Source: Amphiscolops sp. MND2022
Lineage: Eukaryota
Direction of reading: 5' to 3'
DNA: 64,000 nucleotides
Assembly (NCBI GenBank): GCA_964187785.1
Contig: OZ076409.1
Span: 98,272,001 to 98,336,000 of the forward strand
The stretch's first letter is position 1. Each line of letters starts with the position of its first letter. The notes below the pieces were generated by a model. The model was not told the origin of the DNA. It saw only the letters and a list, made by a program, of their open reading frames with translations, and did no database searches. Positions 13,197-25,600 of the stretch are shown here, piece by piece. The position numbers were made by a program, and so were the translations under genes.

Positions 13197-14146
13197 TTAC
13201 AAATACAGCTAACAATTTTCAAATGTCCCAAAGGGTCCCCACAATGAGACTGTTCAAAATTTTCATTTTTCGTCTGATACTAGGTTTTTTTTCAATATAC
13301 ATCAACCAACATGTTTTCAAAACTTTTCTGACGTAATATCCGGAAAAAAGCGCTCTATCCGAAATTTTGACGTTATATCCGAACTATTTTGCGTATTACT
13401 GAGGAGGCGGAGGTGCGAAAACAAGATTTGGTGGCATTAGAATACTGCATCAATACGTGGTCGTAATATGGATTTTTTTATCTCTAGCAGTCAGAAATCA
13501 CCTTCCAAATTTTTCGACTATTGTTCAAATGATTTGCAAACTAAAAAATACCATCCGATTTTCCATAAACTCCATTTAAATTATATCCGCTAATAGACTC
13601 TTTTATGTATGCCACAAAATAATGGTACTATTTTCAAATCTAAAAATTCTCAAACAAACCTTATATCCAGAGTAATTCACTTGAAAAACATTTTCAATTT
13701 CATTCCATTAAGCTTATAGTAGAACTCAAATTGAAAAAAATCCTTTCGGTGGTGGTAGAATTCATACCTCCATTCTGTGCTCAACACGGCAGAAATAAAC
13801 ACGCCAAAAAACTTAGTTGTAACAAACAAACTATACAACTATACACTAACCTAACAATGTTTTTGTGTCAGATCAGAAAACGAATTGCTTTTGTATAGTT
13901 TATATAGGAAAACGTTTCGAAAGTTCATTTAGGTTTGAAACCACTCGGTTTATCCTAATTGGAACTTTGTACATGCTGCACGCCTGCAGGCAGGATAACT
14001 TTTTATTGAACCTAGAAATTCAGTATGCATCCGGCGATGAATGCTGTAGTACTACTACATTGAACTTTCCACTGCTGAAATAGAAATTGAAAATGTTTCC
14101 CATTCCGTTATTGACAAGATCACGTTTTATGCCTACTTTGTTTTGT

Positions 14147-14552
14147 CGGCTCTTTTCTGTTCCCCCCACCACCAATTTTTTTTGGAAAATTAGTGAAAAT
14201 CTTATAACAAAAAGACTTGAATACAAACCAGAAGCTTCAAATATACATTCATTCTTAATGTGACAGTTTAGGATTCAGATACAAATTTTGTTCACACTTT
14301 TTCAAAATGTAGTCACGCATTTTTGATAAAGAATTCAACAGCTTCCTGTTTTGAGTCATGAATAAACACTTAATACGAACATAAGTATAGTCAAAATATG
14401 TGAATGTTCTGTTCAAGCAAAAAACTGTTCTAATAGACGTTAACTTCCCGTTATGAAAGAAGAATTTACTTTTAATTAGGCTAGTATAATATTTTTAAAG
14501 AAATTTATTCCCAAAAATTTTGGTGGTGGGGGGGGGGAACAGAAAAGAGCCG
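14147..14552. mobile_element. MITE with ~30 bp terminal inverted repeats
   Basis: CGGCTCTTTTCTGTTCCCCCCACCACCAA ... TTGGTGGTGGGGGGGGGGAACAGAAAAGAGCCG with a non-coding 406 bp total span. Confidence 0.85.
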
Positions 14553-14949
14553 TTTTTTCATTTATTCATCTAATGTAAATACCGTTTTTCAAATAGCACT
14601 AGATGTCACTAGTTTGTTTTTTACATTGTGAATGAAGTCAAGCCAATGAATAAATTGGCAATGAAAATGATAATTAAGATACATTCAAAAACAGAACATT
14701 TCTTGATCAAACCTGCCAATATTCAAAGCTTCAAGTTACAGCCAAATTGAATATGCTACTTTCAAGAAGCTTGGTAAAAACAGGAAAAAACTGAGAAACA
14801 TTTTCGCAGGCTGGTTACGAAAATCGTAATAAACGTTCTTAGCATCCTACAAAAACATGTGAAAAGTTCACGCGAACAAACTGCATTCTAGCTGAATCTG
14901 TCCGGACGTTTTTTAAGCATACAAGGGTAAATTTTTTTGTTGCAAATCA

Positions 14950-15925
14950 TAGAATATTTCAGATGCCTGCTCGGAAAAACATTGATAGGATTACAACGCA
15001 GTGTTCACTATTTTAAGCAAATTTGAAAAGTTCTCTATATCTTCAGCACGTCGACCATTTTGTTGTTACACTTTCGTTTTTAATTACTAAACGTATCTAG
15101 TCACAGTTTCTCAATTAGCATGCTGAAGAAACGGTATTTTGCCAGGTATAACGTGACTGAAATCGATTTGCATTAAAGTGGCCATTACATTTTAAAGTCT
15201 TAGCTGCATTTGAAAGTAGAACTATTGAATACTGAAACTATCAAACGTTTCGAAGCTCCGATTTGCCACCGAAGTTAAGATGCATCTTTTAGGCAGCTTT
15301 AATATAAATAAAAGGTCTTTTGGCTTTAAGTCATATGGCGTAAAGTCATTTGGCGTAAAGTCGAATGGCGTAAAGTCATTTGGCTGAAAACTACTAAGTT
15401 GGAAACGCGTGGCAAATTTTGTCGAAATTATTTTATAACGTAGTTAGCCATGCTAGCATACCCCTAGTGCCCTAAATTCAGGAGCGAAGCGAAGCGGAGC
15501 GACTTGCCATATGGCCATGCCTGAAAGTTGCTAATTGGCGAAGAAAGCGAAGGGAGCGAAGCGACCGAGCCATTCAACATATATGCTGAAAATAATGTTA
15601 CAATTTTTGTTTCTTGAACAATTCGGTGAAAATTCAAATCTGTTTTGGTGGTCAATACGTTGTTCCTAGCCATTGCTTGAGTTAGAATGGACTTGGCCTA
15701 TATATGTGGTCATTTGGTTTGAAAATTTTTGCTGAATGATTCGAAAAAATGAGCCAAACATGTGAGAACATATATATTACATATTTACACATATTTATGA
15801 GTAATTTGTTTTTAAGTCTAATAAAACGAGCAAGGGGTGGTGATGGGAAAAAATGCTGACTTTAGGTAGATTCGAACCGGAGAGCTCGAGGATTAAAACT
15901 TAGTAATCTAACCACTTCACCAGAA
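14950..15925. repeat. Left arm of long degenerate inverted repeat (partner 26765-27425)
   Basis: 14950-15465 is a diverged reverse complement of 26886-27425 (shared acgtgactgaaatcgatttgcatta and gctccgatttgccacc). 15820-15925 matches 26765-26865, a tRNA-like segment plus caccaccccttgc. Confidence 0.85.
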
Positions 15926-16016
15926 TGCCTTCTCAACCGGTGCAAACAGGTTCTTGATGCAGCGATCATTCATTTATTTCGTTTAAAAAAATTGAGACAG
16001 TTGACACTATAGCAAC

Positions 16017-16250
16017 ATGAACAGACAAAGTTGATTTGGGTAGTTCTTTTGAATTTCACGTTTGTTGTTGCAATTCCTACAACTCCATATTATTAAATAT
16101 TAATTCTCAAACCATTAACAGTTGGAACAATACTCTTGTCCAGAAGAATATACAGACTATTGCATGAATGGTGGTAACTGCTTTTACCTTGAAGAGCAAC
16201 AAATACTCGAATGATAAATGTCCGGATCTTTACGGGGAAAAGAAATGAAA
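16017..16250 (+). pseudogene. Small secreted EGF-like (EGFR-ligand-type) protein, frameshifted
   Basis: Hydrophobic leader LIWVVLLNFTFVVA (~16031-16072), then CPEEYTDYCMNGGNCFYLEEQQILE[C]KCPDLYGEKK[C] at 16137-16248 with CX7CX5CX10CXCX8C spacing. C4 reads TGAT (+1 nt) and C6 reads TGA. Confidence 0.75.
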
Positions 16251-16319
16251 ACGTTCTAAGTTATACCAAAAATATGCACGTTGAAAAGGTGTACATCAAA
16301 TGTTCCATTGAAAACCTGG

Positions 16320-16710
16320 GAATGTTTGAAGAATCGACACGATTGATTGCCGAAAATTATGGGCAGTCTGGGCAGGTCGCGCTATGGAAGATTGTCTTCA
16401 CAGGTATCATTATCCAAGCAGAAACCATTGTTTTCTATTGCCTTTGAAATTCAAACAATCAATTGTTTATGCAATCAGTTACCTTAGATGATTCTTAACT
16501 TATTTCCCTAACTTACGCCTGGTAAACAGACAACCAATACGGCATTGTTTGGGAAACAAGGAGATTCGATCACATTCATTTTCGAGTTTTTCAACGGGCT
16601 AAAACTCAGATTTCCAAACAGTACCGTTTTCACAAAGTGTACCGGGAAGTGCACTTTCTTGAGAATTTTCGTCTTGAGTGTGGTCGACTTGGACACTCTT
16701 GACTGTCACA
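16320..16710 (+). pseudogene. Possible Polinton-associated DEDD/DnaQ-like exonuclease remnant
   Basis: YAW*TDNQYGIVWE ... VFTKCTGKCTFL...VVDLDTLDC resembles the WL..xHG..W / F.KG.EKC..L / V.NLE..GCP pattern of Maverick accessory nucleases; disrupted. Confidence 0.4.
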
Positions 16711-17646
16711 GTCTTGACTGGACACTCTGGACGGTCCCAAAGCATCTCATTTTAGCTATAGTTCAACAAGAGCTTGTTCGAATCATCAATCATCTTACAA
16801 ACTGAATCACTGTGCTCGAGAAAAAGTGTCATTGCTCCACAACTGGTTGTTCAATTACTTTCAAAAATCCTATCATGAATGCAGTGATGCAGAAGCCAAA
16901 GAGAACAACTTACAGCCATCTCTATCACCGAATTTGATTCTCTCAGTTACAAAAACCTCAGAGGCAACACGCAACGCTGATGCCAGAAAAAATTAGTCAA
17001 AGATGAATTGAAGCAGGTTGGCAGTCACAAACTTTTGAGTAAGGGTGCTATACAGTTGAATGCATCCGAGTATTCGCAAATGAAATCAAGTTTCGAATCC
17101 CGTGACAGGTTCGTAAGTTTTGTAAACAAAGCAACCAAGCAACGGACTACAGGCGGCTTCAAAGATTTAAAGTTACAGAAACAAATTTCAGAGCAACTGA
17201 CGAAACGCAACGATGTGTTGGAGGTTGTCTACCTTCCACCAGCACAAACAAAAGTCACGGGCGAGTACCAAATATAGCTCGAATCTTGTGATGAATTTAA
17301 CATATTTCACATTTCGTACTGCTATATAATAGTCTTGTTTATCAATTCATTCTTCCCAACCAAGAAACTTTTCAAATTTGACTGAGGTAGTTAGCAGTGA
17401 AGATGATGGCATAGGCACTATGGAATCAAACGTAGAAGACAACGTAAAATCATTGTAGAAGTTTTGCAATTTATTCACTCTACCAAGATCAGAAGTTGTC
17501 TTTTTTACCCAGGCAACACAAATTTTCATTCTTGTACTTGCCAGTTTGTTAGAACCTACTCTAGACAATTCGCCATGTTAAGAAATGTCAGTGTGGTTTT
17601 CACTATTATTCTGAGCAGTTGGTTACATTCTATCTAATCCTAATTT

Positions 17647-18290
17647 ATGAACATGATCACTTTCACCAATGATCGTTTATTCATGGCTCTGGTTGGTCCT
17701 GGAGGCTCGGGTAAAACTTGTCTTTTTTATTCGATGCTTGTCTCACTTACATCACTTTTTCCACCCATCGAAAAAAAACTTTTTACTTATACAAGGAAAA
17801 TCAACCGCTTTTTCAAGAAATGTCTGAAAGATAGAACATTGAATTTACTCCATGTTTAGACTTTGAAATGGTCAATCAATAATGTGGAAAAACTGTTCGT
17901 TATGTTTGGACAGTTCTTAAGACGAGATTTACGAGGGACGAGCGTTCGCCAAACTTGCAGTTGCTTGTAGACATAGGAAACTCCATTGCATTTTCGTCAA
18001 AAACAACTTAATCCATAATACCAAGTGGTGGCGTTCGATTGATATGAATACAACACATTGGATTTTATTCAATTCACCACGAGACAACAAATTGACCTTT
18101 TTGGTAGACAATTAACACACTTTTGATTTATTCGCGAAGCATGTGACAGGGCCACTACAAGACTAATCGGACCTTTACGTATTGATTTTGATCCGAAAAC
18201 AAGTGACATGTAACGTTTTGCTCAAATATTGTTGCTCCTCAGCCAACTACCTTCTATAGTCTGTCATCAACTGCAATGAAAACGCTTTTG
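17647..18290 (+). pseudogene. Polinton/Maverick A32-like DNA packaging ATPase, disrupted
   Basis: Walker A MALVGPGGSGKT. Downstream frames give FAKLAVACRHRKLHCIFVKNNL...RSIDMNTTHWILFNSPRD (arginine-finger GRH-like motif and FKSPRD motif) and LRIDFDPKT. Confidence 0.85.
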
Positions 18291-18294
18291 ACAA

Positions 18295-18603
18295 ATGAGC
18301 AAGACAAAATTGCATTTACCGAGGCACTGCCAAGAAAACAAAAAGAAGAAATGCATTTCTTGCGTTATAGATAATTGCGACAAGGGACAAATCAATTTTC
18401 CGAGTAAGTGCGCCTTGAATATCATCGATGGAAACAAACTAAAAAATGTAAACAAATTATTGTCATTTGAACAAAATTTGAAAATTCTACGTCAACTGCA
18501 AACATCTGTCGGCAGACGGCGACAAGGTTTGTCATCGATCAAAGGCTATAAACTTTTCAAGCTGATCAGTCGTCCCTGCAATTGGCATTTTCCAACAGAA
18601 TGA
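18295..18603 (+). pseudogene. Polinton/adintovirus small basic conserved ORF (GasderminX/pX-like)
   Basis: IDNCDKGQINFPSKCALNIIDGN...LLSFEQNLKIL...RRR resembles the (E)CALN(I/V)xxGN family found next to the ATPase in these elements. Confidence 0.5.
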
Positions 18604-19899
18604 GTGCTCAAGAACATATACTAATTCCAGAAGAAAATTACATGAAGAATCAATCAAAAGCGTGGGAAAATATAGACGATCTAACAATTACGCCACACTG
18701 AAATGTTCAATTCTTTTTTCAAAGAATTGCAAAGTAGTTCTGACATTTCAATAAACGACCGAGGTTGACAATTTTACACCCGTCATTGATGCGTCAAACG
18801 TTCTTTTCACATTGCAGCAACCGACCAAGAAACTTTATCGCCCAGAATACAAAACCAACTTGGAGAAACGTAAATTCTCATCAGACCTGTTTCCACAGGC
18901 AGATGGTAAGAATGAATTATCCAAGTAAAGGGAAACACATTAGGCTGGGAGACAAACAAAAACAAGAAAAAAGAACAAATTAAAAGCTTTGAAAGTTCTT
19001 TATATACAAGGGCTCGCCATCCATGGCCCTGGCTACCAGTATTCCCTCTTCTTCTCTAGAGCGACAGGGGATGTGTAACACCGACCCTCTGGTTCGATTA
19101 CAAAGCAGAAAGGATGAAAAGTGACATGAAGTTGTTTTTGCCGACGGTACGGGCTGTTGATAAATGACCAATTGGGGACCAGTTGTTCTTTCAATCCTTG
19201 AGCTGTGGACAGGGAGAGTAAAGCTACTAGCGGGGTGACATCTTTATGAACTTGAGCGGTGTCGTTGAAAGTGACAAATTTTCGCAAAATAGGTTCATAG
19301 TTGGACACCAAGCTTGCATTTTTACCACTGAGCGCTTGGAAAAACTGAACAACTACAGACTCTCTAGGGAAACTTTTACTGCGTAGCGCGTCTTGAGGGA
19401 ATGTGTTTCAACAGTTGCGCTTTGTTATCTTGATAGTTCAGACGCGATTAACCGCCGATTGTCTGAGAGGGGTTGTGCCAGCTTGCGTTTGTCGTCGAAC
19501 CCGAGTAACCCCCGAGAGCTCAAAGTTAAGTCACATATTCTCATAAGTAAAATCCAAAATCACCGTTTTGTAAAACATCAGTCACCCTTACTAGAAACCC
19601 TGTTTAAAATCAGAAACTCTCACCAGCAATTATTGATTGAAACTATTCTTTCAGAATGAAACTCAATTTCAAAAATCAAATGAAAAGGTAACACAAACGC
19701 GTTTCCATCAAATTCGTAAACTTGGGTTCCGTTGGGGTAATTCAATCATCAATATAGTAGTTTCAATCAATTATTCAAGTCAGTCGAAAGGAGAATTTGC
19801 GACGTTTGTCAAAAAAATTTTCGGAAACAAAATCAACATCGGCGAAATGATCACACAAATGCTGCTTACATGTTCATCATTGGATGAAGTGAGTCTCAA

Positions 19900-22800
19900 A
19901 GAATGGAACTCTCAGTTGCTCTGATGGAACAGCATTTCCGCGAGAAGCATGGAACCGAGCTGAAAAAATGAGCGTCTATTGTGGCCTCGGATTTGAGAAA
20001 TTTCACGATCACCTGGTTAAAATACATGAACTGCCACCACCCATTGACGCTGATTGTAAAAAAAAACAAACTTAATCTGCTGTTGAAAAGAGCCGAAACA
20101 TTTCAAAGCCGATAAAAGGATACAATACTTTTCTCTTTCTTCGATGACTAAAGGTACCCGTTTACGGCACTAGTCTACCCTGATTTCCAGGCTGCAGTGG
20201 ACAAACTACTGAATACGCTGTTCACATTCACTGCCTCCGGAAATGGGTGGATCTTGGACAAAGTTATTGATCTAGATGTCAAGTGCGCTAATTGTAACCC
20301 AATTCGAGCAATTTCCTATCTGCCTACTCCACCTGAACTGGACGCGCCTTACATGTTATTAAACAACATACGGAACCAACAGGATCACAAATATTTCTAG
20401 TACTGCTTCACGGCTGCGTGGCACCTGAAGCATGGACCATTACTCTATAACTCAGGAAGCGTTTCAAGCGGAAAACGGACAAGTACAGACACCTGTACCC
20501 GACGAAACCCGTTGGCTCACCAAGCCGTAGGTAATTTTGAAATGCCAATGGGTTTTGTGCAGAAGCTACGCTTCAAGAAGCTAACCAACGGAAAATTCAA
20601 TGTGTTACGATACACTGCAAAGCAACTTGTCCCTCTGCGTGTTACTCGAGAAGTCTCTGATGTTCTAGAGATCGACATTCTGTTGGTAGTTGTTGGGCAA
20701 ATTTATCATTACATTTTGAAACTGGAAATCTTGAGTTTTCAATGTTAGAGGAACCACAACGCTGTGTCAGATACTTCTCTGTAGAAACTGTTTAAACAAA
20801 TTCATGAATGACAAACGTACAAACTGCATCGAATCAGTTGCTTGCAACATGAGCAAGGCCTTGTTACGGGGCCCACGCAAGGGACAAACAAGCTAAAGTT
20901 AAAAATTTTGGTGCCCGGTGTTTCACGCCAGTAGTCCTTACTTCGATATAGAGTCAATTATTAACCCAATTGCAGGCTATCAAAATGCCGATAATCAATT
21001 AATTATTATTGAAATACATGAACCAAGTTGCTTCTGCCCAGTTGGAATTGAGCATGGACATTTTTATCCTATTTTTTTGCAACAAGAGCGCTCTGAAAAC
21101 TGTATGGAACAATTTGTGGAGGCACGTAAAAAACACTACACCGGAAATGCATCAAACGAAGCGAAGCAACAAGTACTTCCCGGATCCAGTACCGGTAAGA
21201 CCTCTAGAAGCCGAACCCTGTTGGATCTGCAGAAATCATTTCGGAAAAAAACGAGACATCGAGGACGACAAGGGTATTGACCATTGCCATCACTCGCAAA
21301 CACAAGAAGAAATCCATCAACTTCATACCAACCGTAGCCAACAACCTGTCAAATTAAACATGTCTAAATCATGTGTAATTGTTTCTTCAGAAAATTAAAT
21401 CTTGCTGCAAAACAAAGTTGATTCCAACCACAGACGAAAGTTACGTCACGGTGACTATCGCAGTAGTTGGAAGAACAGCCAAGACAAAAACGGAGTAGCC
21501 GAAACTAAGTTTGAGTATCTGGGTTTCATCAACTCGTTCAGGTTTGTGGCTTCTTCAATCGAAAAGCTTGGAAGGCACCTGCCAAAGGACAAGTTCGAGA
21601 TAACAAAAAATTACCACAACGAGAATTTTGGAGAGATTCGCAGCAAAACGGTGCGATTATGTTGACCCAAGAAGAATGGAAACATGCCGTGAACGTCAAT
21701 GAGCAATTCAATTACTCACATTTGGGTGATTATCATGATTTGTAACTCAGAACCAACAAATTCATTCTAGCCTGTGTAGCTGAGAATTTTCGGACGCTAA
21801 GTAATAAGACCTAAGGTTTTGATAGCGCTCTTTACTTAACCTGCTCGCTTTTGTCTGGTGACACGTTCTTGAAAAATGCCGGACAGACATTGAGCTCCTT
21901 ACTGATCGCTCTCACTTGGAAATGTTGGAAGAGATGATAAGAGGCAGTGTTTCGTGAAATTTCGACAAACGATTTTTCAAAGCCAACAACAGGTATGTGA
22001 CGCAGCATAATTACAACGATTATAACGCTTACGGCGTATTCTCAGACGCCAACAATTTATACGAGGGTCATACGGAAAAACTTCCATTGCCGTTGAACAG
22101 CGTCGAGACAGTTCCAGATATAAATCTCCAGATATATATAATCGAGACGCCCAATGACTAGGTAGAAGGGTACCTTTGGGTAGTGGGTCTCCATTACTCT
22201 GATAGGCGTCATAACGGTTATGAAGATTTTCCGCTAGTTCCAACAAATAAAACAAGTTAGAGAGAAAAGCAGCAAGAACAGTTGGCACTATTGGGCGAAA
22301 GCAGACATTTTAGTCAAAACAAAAAACTCATACAGTCATTTTCGGGTAAAAACTACTCTGTGCATTAGATAACAATAAAACTACAAATCAGTCTCGGTAT
22401 GGAAATTAAAGACGTCCACCGTGCGCTGAACTTTAAGCGATGATTTTTGCTGAGGCCCAATATGCAGCCAAACACGCGGAGAGCTTCTGATGAACAATTC
22501 ATGCAACGGGAAGAGTCTTGAGAGCAAAGGCCGCCTGAGTGTGCAGCTTATGACCAATGGTGGAAACGTTTTGAAGTGAACAGATATCCCATTCCTTCGC
22601 GAATTGAAAAATTTCAAAAAAATGCAGCTAATTAATCGCGAAACTGATCGAACAAACAAACAACAGTCGGAGCAACTGTTTTGGATTCAGCAAAGTATCA
22701 CAAGTATAACTTTCACTACAACTGAATGAAAGAGCACTCGAATGGCTTTGTGCTATTTTCTGAAACTGACTCTCCTTTATTTGAGATCAAACACACTGGA

Positions 22801-23240
22801 TTCCGTGAAGAACCCGACACAAACATTGAATTTTGTCAATACTTTGACCTCTCCAATTACCCTGCGGATCTTCATCTCTACAACATCGACAACAAGATGG
22901 TTATGCTCGAGTTTGAGGACGAACTAGTGGGAGAACCGATCGAGGACATGGTCCGTTTGAAACCCAAAATGTACTCTATCTTAGTTGGAGGCAGGCAGAA
23001 TGAGTCTGCCAAAATTGTTTGTAAATTCGCACAAAAAGAGCTGACCCATAATCTCTCCAAAAAATTTGAATACGGGCGAAATCTACCAGACAATGAACTT
23101 GAGAAGAGGGTCGAGTAAACATCCGTTGCACACCATCATGATCAACAAAGTACCCCTCAGGTCATCCGACGATTAAAGATTCAATTTGGAAGATTGCATT
23201 TCAACTTTGCACTTTCGACATTACGTGATAAAAGATTTTC
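19900..23240 (+). pseudogene. Protein-primed family B DNA polymerase (pPolB) of Polinton/adintovirus type, heavily disrupted
   Basis: Motifs in the expected order: SGNGWILDKV..PIRAISYLPTP, YFDIES (exo I), CWIC..IDHCH (EndoVII-like Zn), FINSFRF, LGDYHDL, DANNLY (motif A ~22045), NNSCNGK (B), FSETDS (degenerate YxDTDS ~22760), FDLSNYP..LKPKMYS. Confidence 0.92.
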
Positions 23241-23375
23241 ACGTAACATAAAAGATTTGTGTCAACCAGATTAAAGTTATGAAGAAAAAAACTGCCAACA
23301 AGTCCCACGTGGGACGAACTAAGCGGTAACGTCCCCCAAAGTACAATCACGCAAGTTTTTGCGGAGGAAGCACCC

Positions 23376-23732
23376 ATGCCGCCAAGTGCTCCACTTCCCA
23401 CGCAGTTTGCTATGCAGATTCGATCAAGCGATGAGGAATCAATGACTCTTACTCAGGAATTGATGGAAGAATGGTTGCCCACTGATGCGCGATTCAACCA
23501 AAGAGAGTACAGCGGCTCTGAGCTGGAGCAGGAAGAAGCCAACTTCAATGAGATTCCAGATGAACAAAGACCACCACGAAACCCATTCATCGACGATGAG
23601 ACTGAGGTAGCATTGGATGCAGAGTTCGAAACTGACCTAGCAGACGACGAAGATTCAGACCCCGATGACTGCGTGGTGGTCGTCCATCTGACCGAAATGA
23701 AGCAAACGCTACCAAGAACTTGGTATACCTAA
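23376..23732 (+). CDS. Acidic low-complexity ORF downstream of pPolB
   Basis: Open 118-aa frame rich in D/E containing RPPRNPFIDDETE; function unknown. Confidence 0.35.
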   Translation: MPPSAPLPTQFAMQIRSSDEESMTLTQELMEEWLPTDARFNQREYSGSELEQEEANFNEIPDEQRPPRNPFIDDETEVALDAEFETDLADDEDSDPDDCVVVVHLTEMKQTLPRTWYT

Positions 23733-24069
23733 TTGATTCGGACAATTGGTTCAGCGATGATGAAAATGTAACATTTTCGCTCATATTGTTACAAATGCTT
23801 ACAGCTTCAGACTAATGTGTGCTGTAATCACTGTTTTACTTTGTCTTGTTCTCAACTATTTGAACAAATGTTGGAGGGTTGTGAGTGCTTCAGTAACTTT
23901 GTGAATTCAGTCTTGTTTCGCTCCTAATTTATTGGCCTGTGCCATAGCTAAACAAAGCGAAGGAAGAAATCACATTCAGGGTTCCATGAAACTTATTTCA
24001 GATCAATTTTCCAGAAACAGTACCGTTCTGTAGAACAAAAATGGCCGAAGACTAGATTTCACGGATGTT

Positions 24070-24585
24070 CATAACTATAGCTATACTATAGACCCTAAAA
24101 AGCAATCATGCGATATACATTGCTACATAGGAAATAAATTCAATCTATCTTTCAATATACAGTTTAATACTATAGACCTGAATAGGCTATCAACCGATAT
24201 ACATGGCTTTAGAGGACGTATAATGGTTCTAATTATCAAAATAGTTACATACTATAGTCTTGACCAGGCTATCATCCGATGTACATGTCTAATTAGGACG
24301 TAAATTGGATCCATCTTTCAATATACCGTATCATTCTATAGACCTGAAAGGGCTATCATCCCATATGCATGGCTTTATAGGACGGACGTATAATCGATCT
24401 ACCTTTCAATGTAAAGTAACATACTATATACAAATCATTCGATATAAATGGCTATGCAGGACATACATTTGACCTATCTTTCAAGATACAGTACCATACT
24501 ATATGTCTAAAGTAGCTACAATTCGATGAACACGGTCGTATAGGACTTATGTGCCACCTATCTTTCAATATACAGTGTCATACGT
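24070..24585. repeat. Degenerate ~83 bp tandem repeat, ~6 copies
   Basis: atactatag(a/t)c-like anchors near 24083, 24167, 24249, 24333, 24421 and 24496; recurring ggctatca, gatatacatgg and tatctttcaatatac. Confidence 0.85.
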
Positions 24586-25114
24586 GAGATTATTGGCATT
24601 TCCGCAGCAAAAAACTATACAATTTCAAAAAAGCTTCAATCACACACAGCAGCTTTCTGTCAGCGCCTGTATAAGAGCCCCAAGGATAACTCCGGCCTGC
24701 ATGTGTTTCCGGACACAACCCGAAGGGGACCTTTATTGAAGCCAATTATGGTTCGTACTTTCTACATGCGGAGCGCGTTGAAAAGGAAACATTGTCTGGT
24801 CAAAAAACTTCATGTATAACTAATTGGTCACTTCAAAGACAGGATACTTCATTGTTGGAACTATTGCAGAGAAACCACCAACTTTTGGTAAAAGAAATAC
24901 AACTCGTTCAATATGTGAAATTAGAAACATTGCTACTTTCTACAATTTTGATAAAAGCTTTTTTCCATTTTTTCTAAGCTGGTAATTTCCTTTGAAAAAA
25001 GCCTGTACTCGTTATTGAGCTATCTCAGTTTGCTATCATTGAAAGGACAGTTGAAACAATTGATTTTGATTGATGTAGAACCATCAAAAAAGTAGCGAAA
25101 TCCTTATCAGGTCA

Positions 25115-25600
25115 TTAATTTGTGAGTTGATGGAGGCATGAGTTGACCGCATGTGCCAAGTTGATCACTTTCTTCCTGTATTTACCTCTCACCGTTAGAA
25201 TGCAATCAGGGATCCCATTTTTCCGAAGCATCTTTTTAGCTAGGGTGGTCCTTGCATGCCGACAACCTCCGGAGCCGGTTTTATGTCTACAACCACGCTG
25301 CCACAATTCGCTCTGATTCTTCGGAGCACGGTAGGAGGGTTAGCGAGGTATTCCGCGCCAAGTATGAGTTGTGTCCAATTGCGGTAGGCAATTGTTTTAG
25401 CACCACAGACGGCTAAGTTTTGACTGGTTTTTTAATCATCACAGAAGCCATATTCACCTGATTGGTCTCCAACTATCACAATGGCAAGATACCTGACTTT
25501 GTCCTCATTCTTGCCTTGAGTAAAGTATGGGGTGATTTTCAATAAAAACTCTTCGAGGCCTAAAAAACGTTTATTGACAAAACGCCTAAAACTAGGTTGG
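25115..25600 (-). pseudogene. Highly divergent intronless ribosomal protein uS5 (RPS2)-like pseudogene
   Basis: Minus strand reads LEEFLLKITPY...VRYLAIVIVGDQSGEYGF..*..AVCGAKTIA...PPTV..IRANCGSVVVDIKPAPEVVGMQGPP/(fs)LAKKMLRKNGIPDCILTVRG..NLAHA. This is collinear with RPS2 LKIMP..RFKAFVAIGDYNGHVG..AIRGA..PHTV..CGSVLVRLIPAPRGTG..KKLL..GIDDC..RG..NFAKA. Confidence 0.8.

Larger units (their letters stand above)
16000..23800 (+). mobile_element. Fossil Polinton/Maverick-like endogenous virus (partial) inside a CYP intron
   Basis: Co-oriented, intronless pPolB, packaging ATPase and small ORFs. Integrase, protease and capsid genes were not recognised; boundaries are uncertain. Confidence 0.8.

Noticed and set aside
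15855..15930. tRNA-like sequences (also 26573-26640, 26760-26830, 31229-31310) as real tRNA genes
   Set aside because: Only degenerate A/B boxes; stems do not form a convincing cloverleaf.
24070..24585. Regularly spaced repeats resembling a CRISPR array
   Set aside because: Whole units are homologous with no unique spacers, there are no cas genes and the context is eukaryotic.
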